NCBI GenBank assembly: GCA_051362555.1
Contig: CM120640.1
Span: 67,124,788 to 67,188,787, forward strand
Source: Lingula anatina
Lineage: Eukaryota > Animalia > Brachiopoda
DNA: 64,000 nt
Direction: 5' to 3'
Of the stretch, positions 13,494-39,770 are shown in pieces. The translations under genes and the position numbers were made by a program. The stretch's first letter is position 1; every line of letters starts with the position of its first letter. A model generated the notes under the pieces. That model was not told the origin of the DNA. It ran no database searches and saw only the letters and a list, made by a program, of their open reading frames with translations.

Positions 13494-14110
13494 CCGTATT
13501 CTGCAATTATTGTGGTAATAATTTGTGATAATATCCACACCGTTCGCATGAAATTTCAGATTTACACTTACAGCCAAAACAAAACGTATTGTTCGGGACT
13601 TTTCATACTAAAGAGCACTACAAGGATTGCTTAAAACAAATTGAAAATTAATTGTAACGTTAAAGTCTGTTGCATAAATGTTTCTCGAAGGCGACATTTT
13701 CATTTTTACAAAAATTAGTCAAACATAATAACGATTATATAATTAAAATTACCAAGTTTATTAATAAATATTTATGTTTTAAGCGGCGTAAACAGCATCA
13801 CATGACTGTGAAGTGTTTAATCAGTGAGGAGGTAAGTGAGGTAACAGAATATGCGTAGGAAAATATGTGATTAATGCCCTTTTGATCTGTTGACTCTTAT
13901 TTACAATGATTTTTATGTACTTCAAATTCTGAATGAAAAAATTCACTCATGTTTGCAAAAATAAAAAATGCCGGTGTAACTCTCTTCCATTTATTTTGTG
14001 TGGATGCCTGACGCCGGTCTCATTCGTGTCCTCATTCCAGGGCCGCCATAAATAACTAGCTGGTCCCAAGTTGTCCTTGCATTTGTAGCTCCAACTCTAT
14101 ACCAGGGAAG
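13494..14110. promoter_or_regulatory. Head-to-head promoter region ZCCHC17 / cathepsin D
   Basis: Divergent ATGs 617 bp apart; locally CpG-richer; M-box/CLEAR-like TCACATGAC at 13798-13806; TATA-like CATAAATA at about 14047. Confidence 0.55.
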
Positions 14111-26890
<12,780 letters not shown>

Positions 26891-26985
26891 GCATCCACAG
26901 AAAGTGTCCTGTCATTTAACTCCTTCCTGAACACCCACTGGTAAACACACCCACATATGCATATTTGTGCACATACACGCACGTG

Positions 26986-27019
26986 CACACACACACACAC
27001 ACACACACATACACACACA
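26986..27019. repeat. (CA)n microsatellite in the cathepsin D isoform A 3' UTR
   Basis: Visible CA run with one interruption. Confidence 0.85.
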
Positions 27020-27683
27020 TTAGGTTTATCTCAGAAGTACAACATTAGATGAATTGAGCCATGCTATATACAGACAAGGACAATAGTGTCAAGGCAATCT
27101 TCACTCTGAGATAAGATACCAGCTACTGTTGGACTCTGACTTCACTGATAGTTTTGGGCCTTGTTAACTCAGTGATAATTGTACTGTGAACAGCTCAACC
27201 TTGGTCTGACTTCAAATAATCCTCCTCTCGTCCCACTATGTTTGTGTGATTTAGGTCAGTCACAAGGCTGGATACTTAACCTTAACAACTATTGTGCATT
27301 TGTCTTACTTTGCCCTCGTGATAAGGTGGTAACTTAAAATCACATACTCCATTTGAGAAAAATGTTAGCAGGGTGTTACATTTCAAGTTTGTGTAAATTT
27401 ATAAAGTAAGGATAGTTAAAGTGGAGACTGGATTTATTATCAGCGTTGCCACAGAGTTGATGATATTACTAAGGGACCCCAGTTGTGTTCTGTAGCACAC
27501 CTTACACATTTAATCAGCATGCACGACTTATAACATTCAGTGGTATATTTTGGCAATCTAGTCAGTACCAGTACATACCATGGGGCTCATATGATCCTAT
27601 GCACAGTGAGATCATTGCTGTGAGATTGACAAGTTTTATTCAAAATTAAGGGGTTTGGGTGGTAGACATGTACAATTTTCTTT

Positions 27684-27810
27684 TGTATGTATGACAAATA
27701 ATGCACAAGTTCCTCCTAGCCCAATATACACAATAGCATGCTTCACTATTGCTCGGCATGCTATCGTGTATATTGGACTTGTGGGCAGTGTATTATTAAG
27801 TACGTACACT
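27684..27810. repeat. Hairpin / small inverted repeat
   Basis: 21-bp stem, 27721-27741 with 27756-27776, one mismatch, 14-nt loop, weaker outer pairing. Confidence 0.7.
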
Positions 27811-28640
27811 TTGCCAAACTACAACTTCATAACCTGCCTTTTCCATAAGGGAGTTACCTGAAAGGAGCCTTCATGCTTAACAAACCTTACTGATGACTTA
27901 ACAGCAGAAATTGCACTTATGGAGAACTTGTGAAAGGGAATAAAAACCTTTGTAACGTAATAACATGTTAGAACCTCTCAAAGTGTATCGGCACAGACTG
28001 TACCACTAAACTATACTGCTCCATGTGAAAAAAGGGCCCGTTTCGGAAGTTGACTGCTGCCCCATTGATGCCTCTTATTTTACAATTTGTCACTAAACCT
28101 TCCTTCTCTCTAGCACATTAACTACAGACTACTTACAGCTTGTAGGTTCTGCTCATAACATTTTGCTAATTGTTTCTTTGTTTTGCAGCTTTGAAATCCT
28201 GTGTTTCTGCATCCACAACATAACAGACAAAGAATAGGAAAACCATTTTAATATAAATAAAATACAAACTAAACTAATTTCTATTTTAGAAAATTTCTGT
28301 GCTCTAATGCTTGTTTATGCCTGTTTTAAGAATATCTTCCTTTCACCCTGAATGCTGTGTTTACTTTTAACTACTGTTTATTGGTTTTCAGTGTGATTCT
28401 GGAATTGTGTGACAGCCTTGTAGATGGAAAGGGTGCAAATGCTTGTGAATGGCTTTGTAAAATTGGGGAAATACCTGTCATTGTTGGGGTTTGGTTCATA
28501 AAAAGAGCTTAGTTGCCTGCTTGAAAGTAACTTGGAAGTCTTAAACCGCTTGTAGCTTCACCTTACGCAGCATGTAACAAAAATTTTTACTAGGTTTATA
28601 TCCTCCCTATTTGTACTAGTGTATTGTTTGTTTCTGCTAG

Positions 28641-28802
<162 letters not shown>

Positions 28803-29683
28803 AGAGGGCGTATTTATGAAAAAAGGAGGACATTAGAGTCCATTGTTTTACCATAGTGGGTGTGATGTCCAGGCAAGGGTAATATAATCTTATCTCCACT
28901 TGTAGGTGTGTATAATCCTGTGCAAAAAACTGTTATTGAAATTTGTAACTGTCTGAAGACTTAATGTACCAGCATCTCTGTTGATTTATTGGCTTTATCC
29001 GTGTTTATATAATTGCAGTACAGTACATGATGGATTTGAATTTGAATTTAACTGAGAAATAACATAAAGTTCATAAAAAAGTATGCAACATTCCTACTTG
29101 GTGAACTGTATGACTTAACTTGTGAAATGTCTTTGTAAGTGTTTATTATTTATTGTTATTATTATTACATTTTTTGGGAGGGGTATTAACAAGATAAAAT
29201 ACTTGGTCGTGCCATAAATATTTTAATGGCAATTATCAGTTTGAATTATGTAGAAGCAGTTTATCATTTTGTATGGATAATAAATTTGTCCAATACTCTT
29301 GAAACTGAATACTGAAAAGTGATTGAAATGTTTATAAAGATTGGACAAGTATGTAATATTACCCTGAGACAAAGCATACTACACACAGTATATCCTTGTT
29401 CACAAAGATGTAAAGTTGTTATGATTGTGACTCTGTAACTCGAAATAAATCTCTGATTGTACAAAGTGTGTGGAGTTTCATTATAATTTATTCATATCTC
29501 TTTTCTTTTTTTTTTTAATGTACAATATTTAATCCATTAGCAACATGAGAAACAATTTTTTAATTAGTGCAGCTGAACGCCAACATGATAACATCCACGT
29601 GTTTTGTGTTTCAGTGGTTCCCATCTGTAATTTTTCTGTAGCCTGCCTCATAAAAAGATAGATGCTCCAAAATAAAGCTTTCC

Positions 29684-32151
29684 TTAAATGTGTCTTGAAA
29701 TTATTTCTATTCCAAGTAAAGGTAAAAGAATGATCCAGGAGTTTGTTAGAGGAATACTGCTTTGGTTGCACAGGTCTTGTGAACAGTAACAATGGCTGCC
29801 ATGGAGTTGCTCTTGCACTTCATGTGAACACCGATCTTCAAATGTTCTTTGAGCAGCACAACCTCTTTCTACAGTTTGGCTACCTGAATTATTAAAGAAA
29901 AGATGCCAATAAATCACTCTTTTGCTGACTGTAATAAACTGTTTTGCTGAATATTAGATTCGTTTTTTATTACTTATTTATTTATTTATTTATTGCATAA
30001 ACTAGAAGAATCTTTCAAATCCTTACAAGGATTTGTTAGCAATTATGACTGCTTTTGTTTTATTCCATTATATCTAATTATACGACTCCAAAATGCCACC
30101 TAGCAACAAATCTGCAATTAACCTGCCGCTCTACAGTTCATTTTATATCAAATATGACGCAGTTTTGTTTGCCAGGGTTATATGCATGCAGCCATCTCCC
30201 ACAGCTGATTTGACTCGGAAGAAAACAAGAATAATTTGTCAGACACTTAAGTCGACCTTATTTATTAGTATCCAGGGAATAGTTTCATAAGTCTTTGTCT
30301 TTGAACTGGGGTCATTTTTCAATGAAACTGTTTGAAAATGACAGCGCTGGTCGCATATGATAAGATATCAGACATCAAAACGAACTGCATAAAGCTTTAA
30401 AAAAAAGAAAGAAAGAAATACTCGCGCCGCTGCTCTTACCACTGTCATGATATACTACCCACTTCATGCATCCTTCATTACATTGTACAATCTGTATTAG
30501 AGTGCTGTTGTTGTGAACGTCAAATGTGTCGCTGCACGCTGCATATCGGCTCTCCTTGCACTGGTAGCACATCACAGCACAAACTGGCACTAGAAGATAT
30601 GGATATTAATGCAAACATGATCATTTCCCCCCTGACACCAATTCATACAGATTGCCTAACGCGTCCTATTCATGCATGTAGATGGACTAGACTATATCAT
30701 TTTCGTCGGCAATAATACAGTGGGAGTAGGGAGTTTATTTATTCCTATTGGCGATTGGGGAAGAGCCCATCAGTTTTGTCCTAGAAATGTTGTTTCTGTT
30801 GTTTTGAAAAGATATTTTTGGTTAGTGGAAAATGTCTTCTACAACTAGACAACCTTCGTTTTAGACAACAAGCTTTACCTGAAACGGCGAAATATGCGCC
30901 AGGACTGTTATTACTGATTGAATCGTGGAATTAAACCAGTCAATTCGCCTCCTACAGACATGCGACGAAATGCAAAAGATTACCATTTTGATATCAGCGG
31001 ATGTGTAACAAGCGATTTGCGTGAAATTTCCCCCAGTGCGGTTCACCGGTGCACTTAAGGGAAAAACAAAGTAGCTTTATCTCCCAGTAGTGACGGAACC
31101 GTGCGTCTCCATTCATTTGGCATAATAAAAGAAATTGGACAAGGATCCTTAAAGAACCTTTGGGAAATACATCGATGAATACTACAAAAAATGTTGGACC
31201 AAAAGTATGAATATTGGATCAAGATTCAAAAAATAAAAGATATTTTTCAAATAATTGCGTGAAACTACGCTTTTCAGTGAACTATCCTGGTTAAAGAAGA
31301 CGTTTTTTTTTCTTGAAAGTCAGATTTAAAATGGGTTTGGTCGCGCTGTTTATGTGTTTTTAATGATCTATCTCAACTTCACCTTTTTCGCTCAAAACTC
31401 TGTATCTGAACACATTATCTAGATTATATTTTGAAATAAGATGTCCAAATACATCCAACGTTATTACAAGAAAAGGATAAGAAAACAAAGTCTCGTTGCC
31501 CAGTGTGTCCATTATATCTTATTGAATGTTTACCAACGTTGTGGATCTTCTCCAATTTGCTCTTTATAGTCACGGTTTAGGTCTTTAAACGTATATTATT
31601 ATATTGCTCTTGAGTCTTCTAACTTTGCATTTATGATTTATTGCTATACAAGGCAAAAAGTTATTTAAATAAAAAAATTATTCAAAGAAAAAGTACTAGT
31701 TTCATTGTTTGGTTATGAGTGTGCAGTTTACACTGATTTGTTAGAAGACGGGTATTAAGAGATTCGCCTATAGATCTGACATTAATTAAACGAGGTAAAA
31801 CCTTCAATCTAAATACATGCACCATTTGTTTGATTCAGTAGAGGATCGAGGAATATCTCGAAATACATTAACTCATGTCATCATTGTTAAAAAAATTATA
31901 AAACTAAATACTGAAGTTAATTGCCATATTCCACTTCTTATTAAAAAAAGGATAACATCGACACTAAACAGTCGGACCTCAATTGGAGGTAACAGAACAT
32001 GTTAAGAATACAACTAAGTTGCACGGGTGCAGCATCTGATGGCTGAGCACATTCAAGTAATATTGCAGGCTTGGTTTCTGTTGTATAATTCTTGCCAACA
32101 CTTACCTAATAATGCGATAAAACAGCAGCAGTGGATCACACTTATTCCCAT
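29684..32151 (-). CDS. Ly6/uPAR three-finger protein, quiver/sleepless-like, predicted GPI-anchored, 131 aa
   Basis: Exons 32151-32106 (signal MGISVIHCCCFIALL), 30589-30440 (MCYQC...AACSDTF...QCNEGCMKW), 29883-29684 (RGC...DRC...HCYCSQDLCN plus hydrophobic tail). Ten Cys in LU-domain spacing; phase-1 introns typical of the family. Confidence 0.82.
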
Positions 32152-34239
32152 GGGTGATTTACCACTTGAGAATTCAGCAGCTCGATCACTGGTACAAAGT
32201 TCAATATTGAAAAAGTCACCTAAATAACATAGTCAATAATGATATTCACAAGTGAATAAGCCGTTATCAATCATCTACTTTACCCATCAATACTCAGTTC
32301 ATTCGAAGCCGTTTAGAAGCAATGCTCGCAACGAGACCGCCCTGAAACATGCTAAAGAAACCTTACGGCAACTGCAGGTATTTGATCTTTGAAATACTGA
32401 GAGGCTGCCAAAGTTATGACGTAGGTCTGTGCGAACTCTACGTTGATGCTACCTGTTTGAATTCCGGAATGAATTATAATAAATATTTCCGCCAAACCTG
32501 TCGTACAAATCTAATGAAAGCATCCATAGATAGATGGTGTTTTTGCGTCTAATATATAACTTGTGGGTTGGATATTGATTTATCTGATACAGTGCACCAG
32601 TAAGTCTTCTCACCTAACCTCAGACACGCGTCTCTCTCAATCAGCCAGGTAAGGTTTCAGGTAAAACAAACAGATGCTTGCCAAAGCCCCACAGTACTCA
32701 GGTGTTTAGCGGCATTTTCAACATTCGTCTGCAAACGAGGCAGATAAAACTTGGGACCAAAACGCCAATCAGTGAATTGAGCTGCGGTTAACACTAAATG
32801 ACTGAGACGCTCAGCCTCACCTCTGTGCCACAACGTTATATCGTTTATATTGAAAAATAATAATATTCGCCTGTAAACGCAATATACCACACTGTACAAA
32901 AAATATTATTTATTGACAACAATACGGACGTGTTGCACTGAAAGGTGGTGGCGAATTTTTGAGCAAGAAAATTATTTTGATAATGCTTTCACTCGTTTGT
33001 ATCATGGATGCCTTACATTGAATCTGCATGACAGCCCTTTGTCAGAATATTTATTTCCTCTTATGTGTGAATGCAGTAGTACCTTTTTGACTTTTCAAAC
33101 GAGTAAACCATTAGCCGAAGCGATATGTGGGTGCATATCTGGTTACCGCAACAACCGAGAAGCAATTTCGCCTTTTTGCTTCAAACCCACAGTTCAAATG
33201 GTAAACGATTATTCCCCATTTTTGCGATAATTTTGACACTGGTAACGCTGAATCAGCCAAATGATAACTCCGTTTAAACTGCCGCTCCTCCAGTTTCTTT
33301 GCAAAATAAAGCAAGTTGATTCAGCGTCCAGTAGGTACCATCGTAAAACGTTTCCTTCTGCATTCTAGTCTTCAGTTAATGGAAATACAAAAAAAGAGGT
33401 TTTCAAAACATCTTTATTTTAAAAACATGTACAAGGCGGTAAAGGGGGCGCTTTCTATAGACTCATCCTTTTTATAATTTTTTGAAAATCTTTCTTCTCA
33501 ATTTTCATCAAAATTCAGAATACGTTATTTTGTTAAATTTCTTCATGAAAATGTTATACTTACCATAAATGTCTTTTGAACAACAACGAAATGTCAAATA
33601 AAAATTTGAAATGTTGATATTACCAAGTACTAAGTACGTTTACATAACTAATAGCGTTTATCCATAACACGTCTGTTTGTAAACAGATATCTACTGGTAC
33701 TTCCAAAGCAATGCAAAAGAAGAATATGTGTTTAATATTTAGCAGAATATTGGCTAATTGTCAGATACTTCCCATTGCATTCATTCAGTGGGTGCATGGT
33801 TCAGATGTAGCTCATAGTCGACTGAAACAACTTTTTCATCCAGGTAAAAGCCAAGTATATGAGGGATCTCTTCTGACCCACCTTTTGACAATACACATTG
33901 GTGATGGATTCTTGAAACCCACTTTAAAACTCATCTAGGAAAAAGGGTTCAAACGAGTAAATTTCAAACCTATTATGTCCTTCATATTTTTAAAAACCTG
34001 TCTACTGCATCCCTTTAAATCTATTTGTGCTGAGTACTTCCTATTGAATTAAAGCTATTTTCTTCTTTCTTTTTCTTCTTTTTGCATATTCTGCATGCTT
34101 TAAATACACACAATGTATTACATATGTACACACCAACTGCTACCTGGTAAGATGTGTTTACAAGTCCCAGTGAAAATCACAGTCAATAGTTCAGTCTTAT
34201 GTGATGGCATTAGATGCAAATTTTGCCACATTAGTATAT

Positions 34240-37200
34240 TCATTCTTTTCCTGTAGTAAGTAATTTTAAAGCTTTTTGTAAATTGTCAATAGCAGTTGCA
34301 CTGTCTTCATACTGTAATGCACTACCTGCAAATTTGCAGTATTTGATAGCTTTCTGGTACTGGGCCGAGTTAAGCTGAACGTTCCCTGGAAGAAAAAGAA
34401 CTTGTGAGTGAATTTTCTGATTTTATGAAATTAATGCGATCTTTAACAAACTATATAGTTTAATGAATAACATTAAACATGTGCTTTTGATGTGTTCTAT
34501 CTTGAAGACTGACACAATGTTAGGCAGGAAATAACGGGACATGGACTGAATTATAAATCAACCAATATACAATAAATACTGCTGCATTAACAACACAGAT
34601 TATGCCAGCCACAGTAAAATTTTCTATTTCCAAAATCTTTTTAACAACCTAGTATAATATATCACTGAAGTTACAAGCACCATTTTTTATCACTACCATT
34701 AAGTACAACTTTTTAGAAAAATAAAAGATCTTTTAAAAACTTAACCTGGTTGAGGAGTCCAAGTGCTGGTTGCTGGTCCTGGTTGTGGTTGAAGTGGTTG
34801 TGGTTGTGCTGTGGGTGTGGCAGCTGGTGTGTTAGATGGTGCATGTGTACCAGCTGAAGGGGGAGGGTAGAGTGTACCACCACCGCCTCCTGCTGCAGGG
34901 AAATGATGGGATGAGGTGGAAGAAGATGGACCAGGCTGGGAGGGTCCAGGCTGGGAGGGTCCCGGATGGGAGGGTCCAGGCTGGGAGGGTCCCGGATGGG
35001 AGGGTCCCGGATGGGAGGGTCCAGGCTGGGACACATTACTGAAGCCTAGGCCTGGGCCACCTGTTGCTATAGAAAAATGTACAAATTGAATCACACATAT
35101 ATAAACACAAATGTTGTTTTGACATACATACATACAGATGTACTGTATATGGCACATTTTATCAATGAAATAAGAGCAAACATACAATTTTCTCAACAAA
35201 ATTTATGAATACGCTTTGAATGAAAATAATTTTCCAGTGATTATTCTTTGTATTGCACAAAATGAAAATGAGGATAGTTGGGAAAAAAACACAGACATTA
35301 AACAGCTTTCTGTGTTATTTTCTGGTTATTATTGTTAATTTCATGGTGCCAGTGTGGGTGAAGAGGCACTTACCTCCCCCCAGTCCCTCCTCCTCTCCCT
35401 CTCCTTCCTCTGGCAGGGGACCTGGATGAGGCTGGATCCCATTTTTTAAACAATTATGAATATATGTTGCTTTCCATTTTGCATACTTTTGATTGTTCTC
35501 AATCTAAAATGAAAAGGTTTTGGTGAAATACTTTGTGCATTCTGAAACATTATCTGTAAGTCTTGGATTTGCATTTATCTTTTAAAATTTTAATCTCCCT
35601 TCTGTATAATATGACTTCACGCAAAATGACAGTCCATTTAGTTTATTAATAAATTGATTCATTCAAATATTTAATCATTTTTCCCCAATATCTTTAAAAT
35701 TTTTTACTCATAAAATAGTACTTTTATTGTTAACACTTTCAAAATTTTGGCCACCATTTTAATACTTCTGAAATTTTATGAAATGGAATACAAAAGACCA
35801 TAATGTCATTTATTTATTTACTGGGTAGCAAGAGGTCACTTACATCTTCACTTAATTCTCCAAACACTGAGAGTACATCAAACAGCATCCCAGCAGTGTA
35901 AAATGATTTTACCACATTTCTGAAATGAAAAAAAACAACAACAATAAATGTAATGACTAGTTACTTCACCACTGAGTTTTAATTTCATGAGCAGTAAAGA
36001 AAAGTAAAAGATTAAACAAATTTTAGTGTGCAGCTAAATTATCTTGCTGGATCACACATGCTATCTCTAACCTCAGTAACCTAAGTTTGAATTTAGCAAA
36101 TTTGACAATTTCTTCATCCAGATATTGTTGTTACCTAGCATAAAACACTACACCAATATTCAAAGACAATGTTGAACAACAACAAAAAACAAATGACAGA
36201 GTTGAAATAAAAACAACCTTAAATAGATGAAAATATGATCAAATGTACATTTACTGTGTATGCATGTTTGAAAAATCAGATTTTCTTATAGATAAATTTA
36301 AATTTCAAAACTCTGACCACACTAATGTCTGTTCACAATGAATCTATGCCACTAACTCCATGGGGACTTCCGCTGAATGCCTTCAGATGAACAGTATAGC
36401 ATGCCTCCTTCTGGCATTGAGCTGAATACAGAAAATTAAAGCTGGTAATTACAAGTGAAAACAAGAGGAGGCACGTTAATCTGATTGGATTCAGCAAGAG
36501 TCCCACTGGAGTTAGTGTGCAGTAGCTAGTATGATAGATTCATTTTAAACGCACCCTTAAACTTACTTTGAAAACCTTCCTGCTCTGTCCTCATTGTCAG
36601 CAAACAAGAACACCTTCAGAGCATAGTTCTCTAAATGGGCTTGGCCAACAACTTCATTGGTGAGAGCTTCGTTATCTTCTAAGGTTTGCTTAGTCTTAAA
36701 ATACAAAATAAATCTCATTATCTTAGTTATTCACCATTATAAATAGAAATTATACCATGTTTAATAGCTGTACATAATTACATGTATTTTTATGCAACAA
36801 AAATCACAATTCTTGGCTATAAAGAATTGCAAGGCTGTACAGAAAAAATTATATTTTGATTAATGCAACCTTACTAAGTTGAAAAATTTACTTCTTTCAG
36901 TTTTCATATTATAGACTGGCAAAACTGACTGGTTTTAGGACCTGCTAATATCTCTGGGGAGTGTAAAACCATAGCAGCCAAACATAAGAAGAATAAAAAT
37001 AATGTATTGTCATTAATTTGTGTTTTGCCAAGTGAAGGTTACTTAGCCTTCACGTTAGTTTTCAGTGTAAGCATTCTGCATGAAGTTTACTTACTATGTT
37101 CACACAGCTTGCTGGTGTCAGAGAGAATTTAAAAATGTACTGTTGGTGTAAACAAGGAATTGGTAAGTCAGGGTATATTGCCCTGGTGAATGAATGAATT

Positions 37201-38357
37201 TTTTGAAAATTTGTTTCAAGTTGTTGTCAAATTCTGTGCTTAGTTTGGAGACAAGGGGTCAAATTTATGATGGTCATCTCTGACAAATCCACATCAACTT
37301 GCAACACTAAGCTAAATCTGTAATTCAACAAATATACAGTAGAAATAATAATAATAATAATATGCATATATACCTGTTCTAACAAATCCATCAGTTTGAA
37401 CAAAAAATCCTTGCATTCTGGAGATGTTCTGTCCAATTGCATTCCTCTTTGAACTGCATACATCCGACCTGCAAGTGTGCACAAATTACTTAGTACTACA
37501 AATAAAAACATAACAAAATTTCTTAAGGTTCAGTGAGGTTTAATGGTACTGGTACATGTCTGGTACTTTATTTACTGACACTGTGACATACATACTTGCC
37601 TCAGTTTTCGGCCTTACAAGCTCACGGTACCCTTACCGCTGGTAAGGCCTCATAGCAGTATGTACAAAAACCTTGAGACACTTAAGTACCTCGAAAAGTC
37701 CACGTTCTGACAATCTCTGTGGGTCCTCCTTTGTACCTGGTAGTATGTAAATCCAATTAAAAGTGTTTTCGTGTACCTTCAGGCACAATGTTCATAAAGT
37801 TTTGGTCATTTTATTTCAGCTTCCTACTGCACTGACACAACAGCACGCCATATTGTGGTACACTTGCGGAAAGGACGACCACCTTTTCAAGGTCGACCTC
37901 GAAATGGAGTTGACCTGTTTCATGTTTCCAATGTAAACTTTTAGCGCCCTCGGGTGACGAGTTGTGAAAAATGGTGTTTGATCCATGTAGGCGACCTAGC
38001 TCCAGTTTATAATGTTTTACAAGCATTTGGCCATCCATTTGCGCTTCTGTCGAATTTGGCCTACCTTTGCCTTAAAACCTACATGAATAAATATTTGAGA
38101 AATTTTATAATTATAGTATTTTATAGCAATAAATATATATTTAAAAATCACGTATTGTATTATTTTTTATTATTAGTAGTATTATATTTTCGCCCTTAAT
38201 CAAAATACACATATGAATTACATTAAAAGGAAAAAACTTTTTACTTATTTTTTTATCAATTTCTTTATTTTTTATTTTTATTTCTTTATTTTGTTTAGTT
38301 ATTATTTTATGGATGACATGCTCGAGCTCTGGTGTTCCAAATACTACTGGGAGAGGA

Positions 38358-38412
<55 letters not shown>

Positions 38413-39770
38413 AAAATAAATAAATAAATAAATTGCAGCTCAAGTCAAAAATACAAGACTGGAAATGAAAAATGAACCGCAAAACATATCGGCGTCATTC
38501 ACTCTGGGAACACAAAAAAGTTACCAGTCATTTATTTCATTTTTGCATAACACAAACGACTTCAAGTAGTCTAAAGGCCTCTGTACACCTGAACCTCTTC
38601 CTCAAATGAAATAAAAATATAATACTACTAATAATAAAAAATAATACAATACGTGATTTTTAAATATATATTTTATTGCTATAAAATACTATAATTATAA
38701 AATTTCTCAAATACTTATTCATGTAGGTTTTAAGGCAAAGGTAGGCCAAATTCGACAGAAACGCAAATGGATGGCCAAATGCTTGTAAAACATTATAAAC
38801 TGGAGCTAGGTCGCCTACATGGATCAAACACCATTTTTCACAACTCATCACCCGAGGGCGCTAAAAGTTTACATTGGAAACATGAAACAGGTCAACTCCA
38901 TTTCGAGGTCGACCTTGAAAAGGTGGTCGTCCTTTCCGCAAGTGTACCACAATATGGCGTGCTGTTGTGTCAGTGCAGTAGGAAGCTGAAATAAAATGAC
39001 CAAAACTTTATGAACATTGTGCCTGAAGGTACACGAAAACACTTTTTATTGGATTTACATACTACCAGGTACAGCGGAGGACCCACAGAGATTGTCAGAA
39101 CGTGGACATTTCGAGGTACTTAAGTGTCTCAAGGTTTTTGTACATACTGCTATGAGGCCTTACCAGCGGTAAGGGTACCGTGAGCTTGTAAGGCCGAAAA
39201 CTGAGGCAACATACATACCCATCATGTGTACAGTATATACTGGTAAATGGTTAAAGGGGGAACGGAACTAGAGGCAATCAACACATGTGAAATGGGAGTA
39301 AACTTTCACACCATGAACAACATCATAGACACTGCAAGTGAAAGTACTAGTCATTGTATTTCTTCATTTTGTCAAATTTTGACATACAGAGCTGTAACAG
39401 CTAGGACAGAGGAGAATATAACCGAGAGCTGTAATTGTTTTGTTCCTATAACTTACTTTGGAAAAAAACACAAACAAAATGACAAATATTTATCACACTG
39501 GATCTTGAGTTGCCTAAATGAGTTACCAAGCGGTGTCGGTAACGCACAGAGCCATTAGAGGAAATGTATATGAACCAACAAAGTCTCTGTTGACATCATG
39601 GTGCAGTGTAAGATTAAAAAAATCACGGGTAGTGAAGTCAATAATTCAGCTTGCAAACAATCATACTCACAGTAGTAGGCAACTATAGGATCTCTTTTAT
39701 CATGTTCGTTTGCTGTCTTAAGATAGTGTTGAATTGGTTTCAACTTTTGAGGGAGCGGAGGTAAAGACAT
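34240..39770 (-). CDS. VTA1: Vacuolar protein sorting-associated protein VTA1 homolog, 331 aa
   Basis: Exons 39770-39671, 37468-37374, 36694-36567, 35919-35844, 35503-35374, 35066-34746, 34385-34240. Motifs IQHYLKTANEHDKRDPIVAYYCRMYA, VVGQAHLENYALKVFLFADNEDRAG, KYAKWKATYIHNCLKNG and C-terminal VSL KYCKFAGSALQYEDSATAIDNLQKALKLL. Confidence 0.95.
34927..35031 (-). repeat. Coding 15-bp minisatellite x7, encoding (S-Q/H-P-G-P)7 in the VTA1 linker
   Basis: GGGAGGGTCC(A/C)GG(C/A)T units on +; translation SQPGPSHPGPSHPGPSQPGPSHPGPSQPGPSQPGPS. Confidence 0.9.
36337..36544. mobile_element. Degenerate foldback/MITE in VTA1 intron 3
   Basis: AATGAATCTA...CACTAACTCCATGGGGACTTCCGCTGAAT is mirrored by ATTCAGCAAGAGTCCCACTGGAGTTAGTG...TAGATTCATT. 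Confidence 0.55.
37596..39209. mobile_element. Foldback (Mutator/FB-like) non-autonomous element, ~595-bp TIRs, 9-bp TSD CATACATAC
   Basis: Arms 37596-38190 and 38614-39209 are near-identical reverse complements (the ORF track shows the same 75-aa ORF on both strands); CATACATAC at 37587-37595 and 39210-39218. Confidence 0.93.
38361..38408. repeat. (AT)n microsatellite in the foldback spacer
   Basis: About 24 AT units. Confidence 0.9.

Noticed and set aside
30861-31046. ORF with a good donor as candidate first exon of the Ly6 gene
   Set aside because: Its phase-0 donor does not match the phase-1 acceptor at 30589 and it lacks a clear signal peptide; 32151-32106 fits.
37811-38994. Identical 75-aa ORFs on opposite strands
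   Set aside because: A consequence of the foldback arms; no transposase or other motif recognised.
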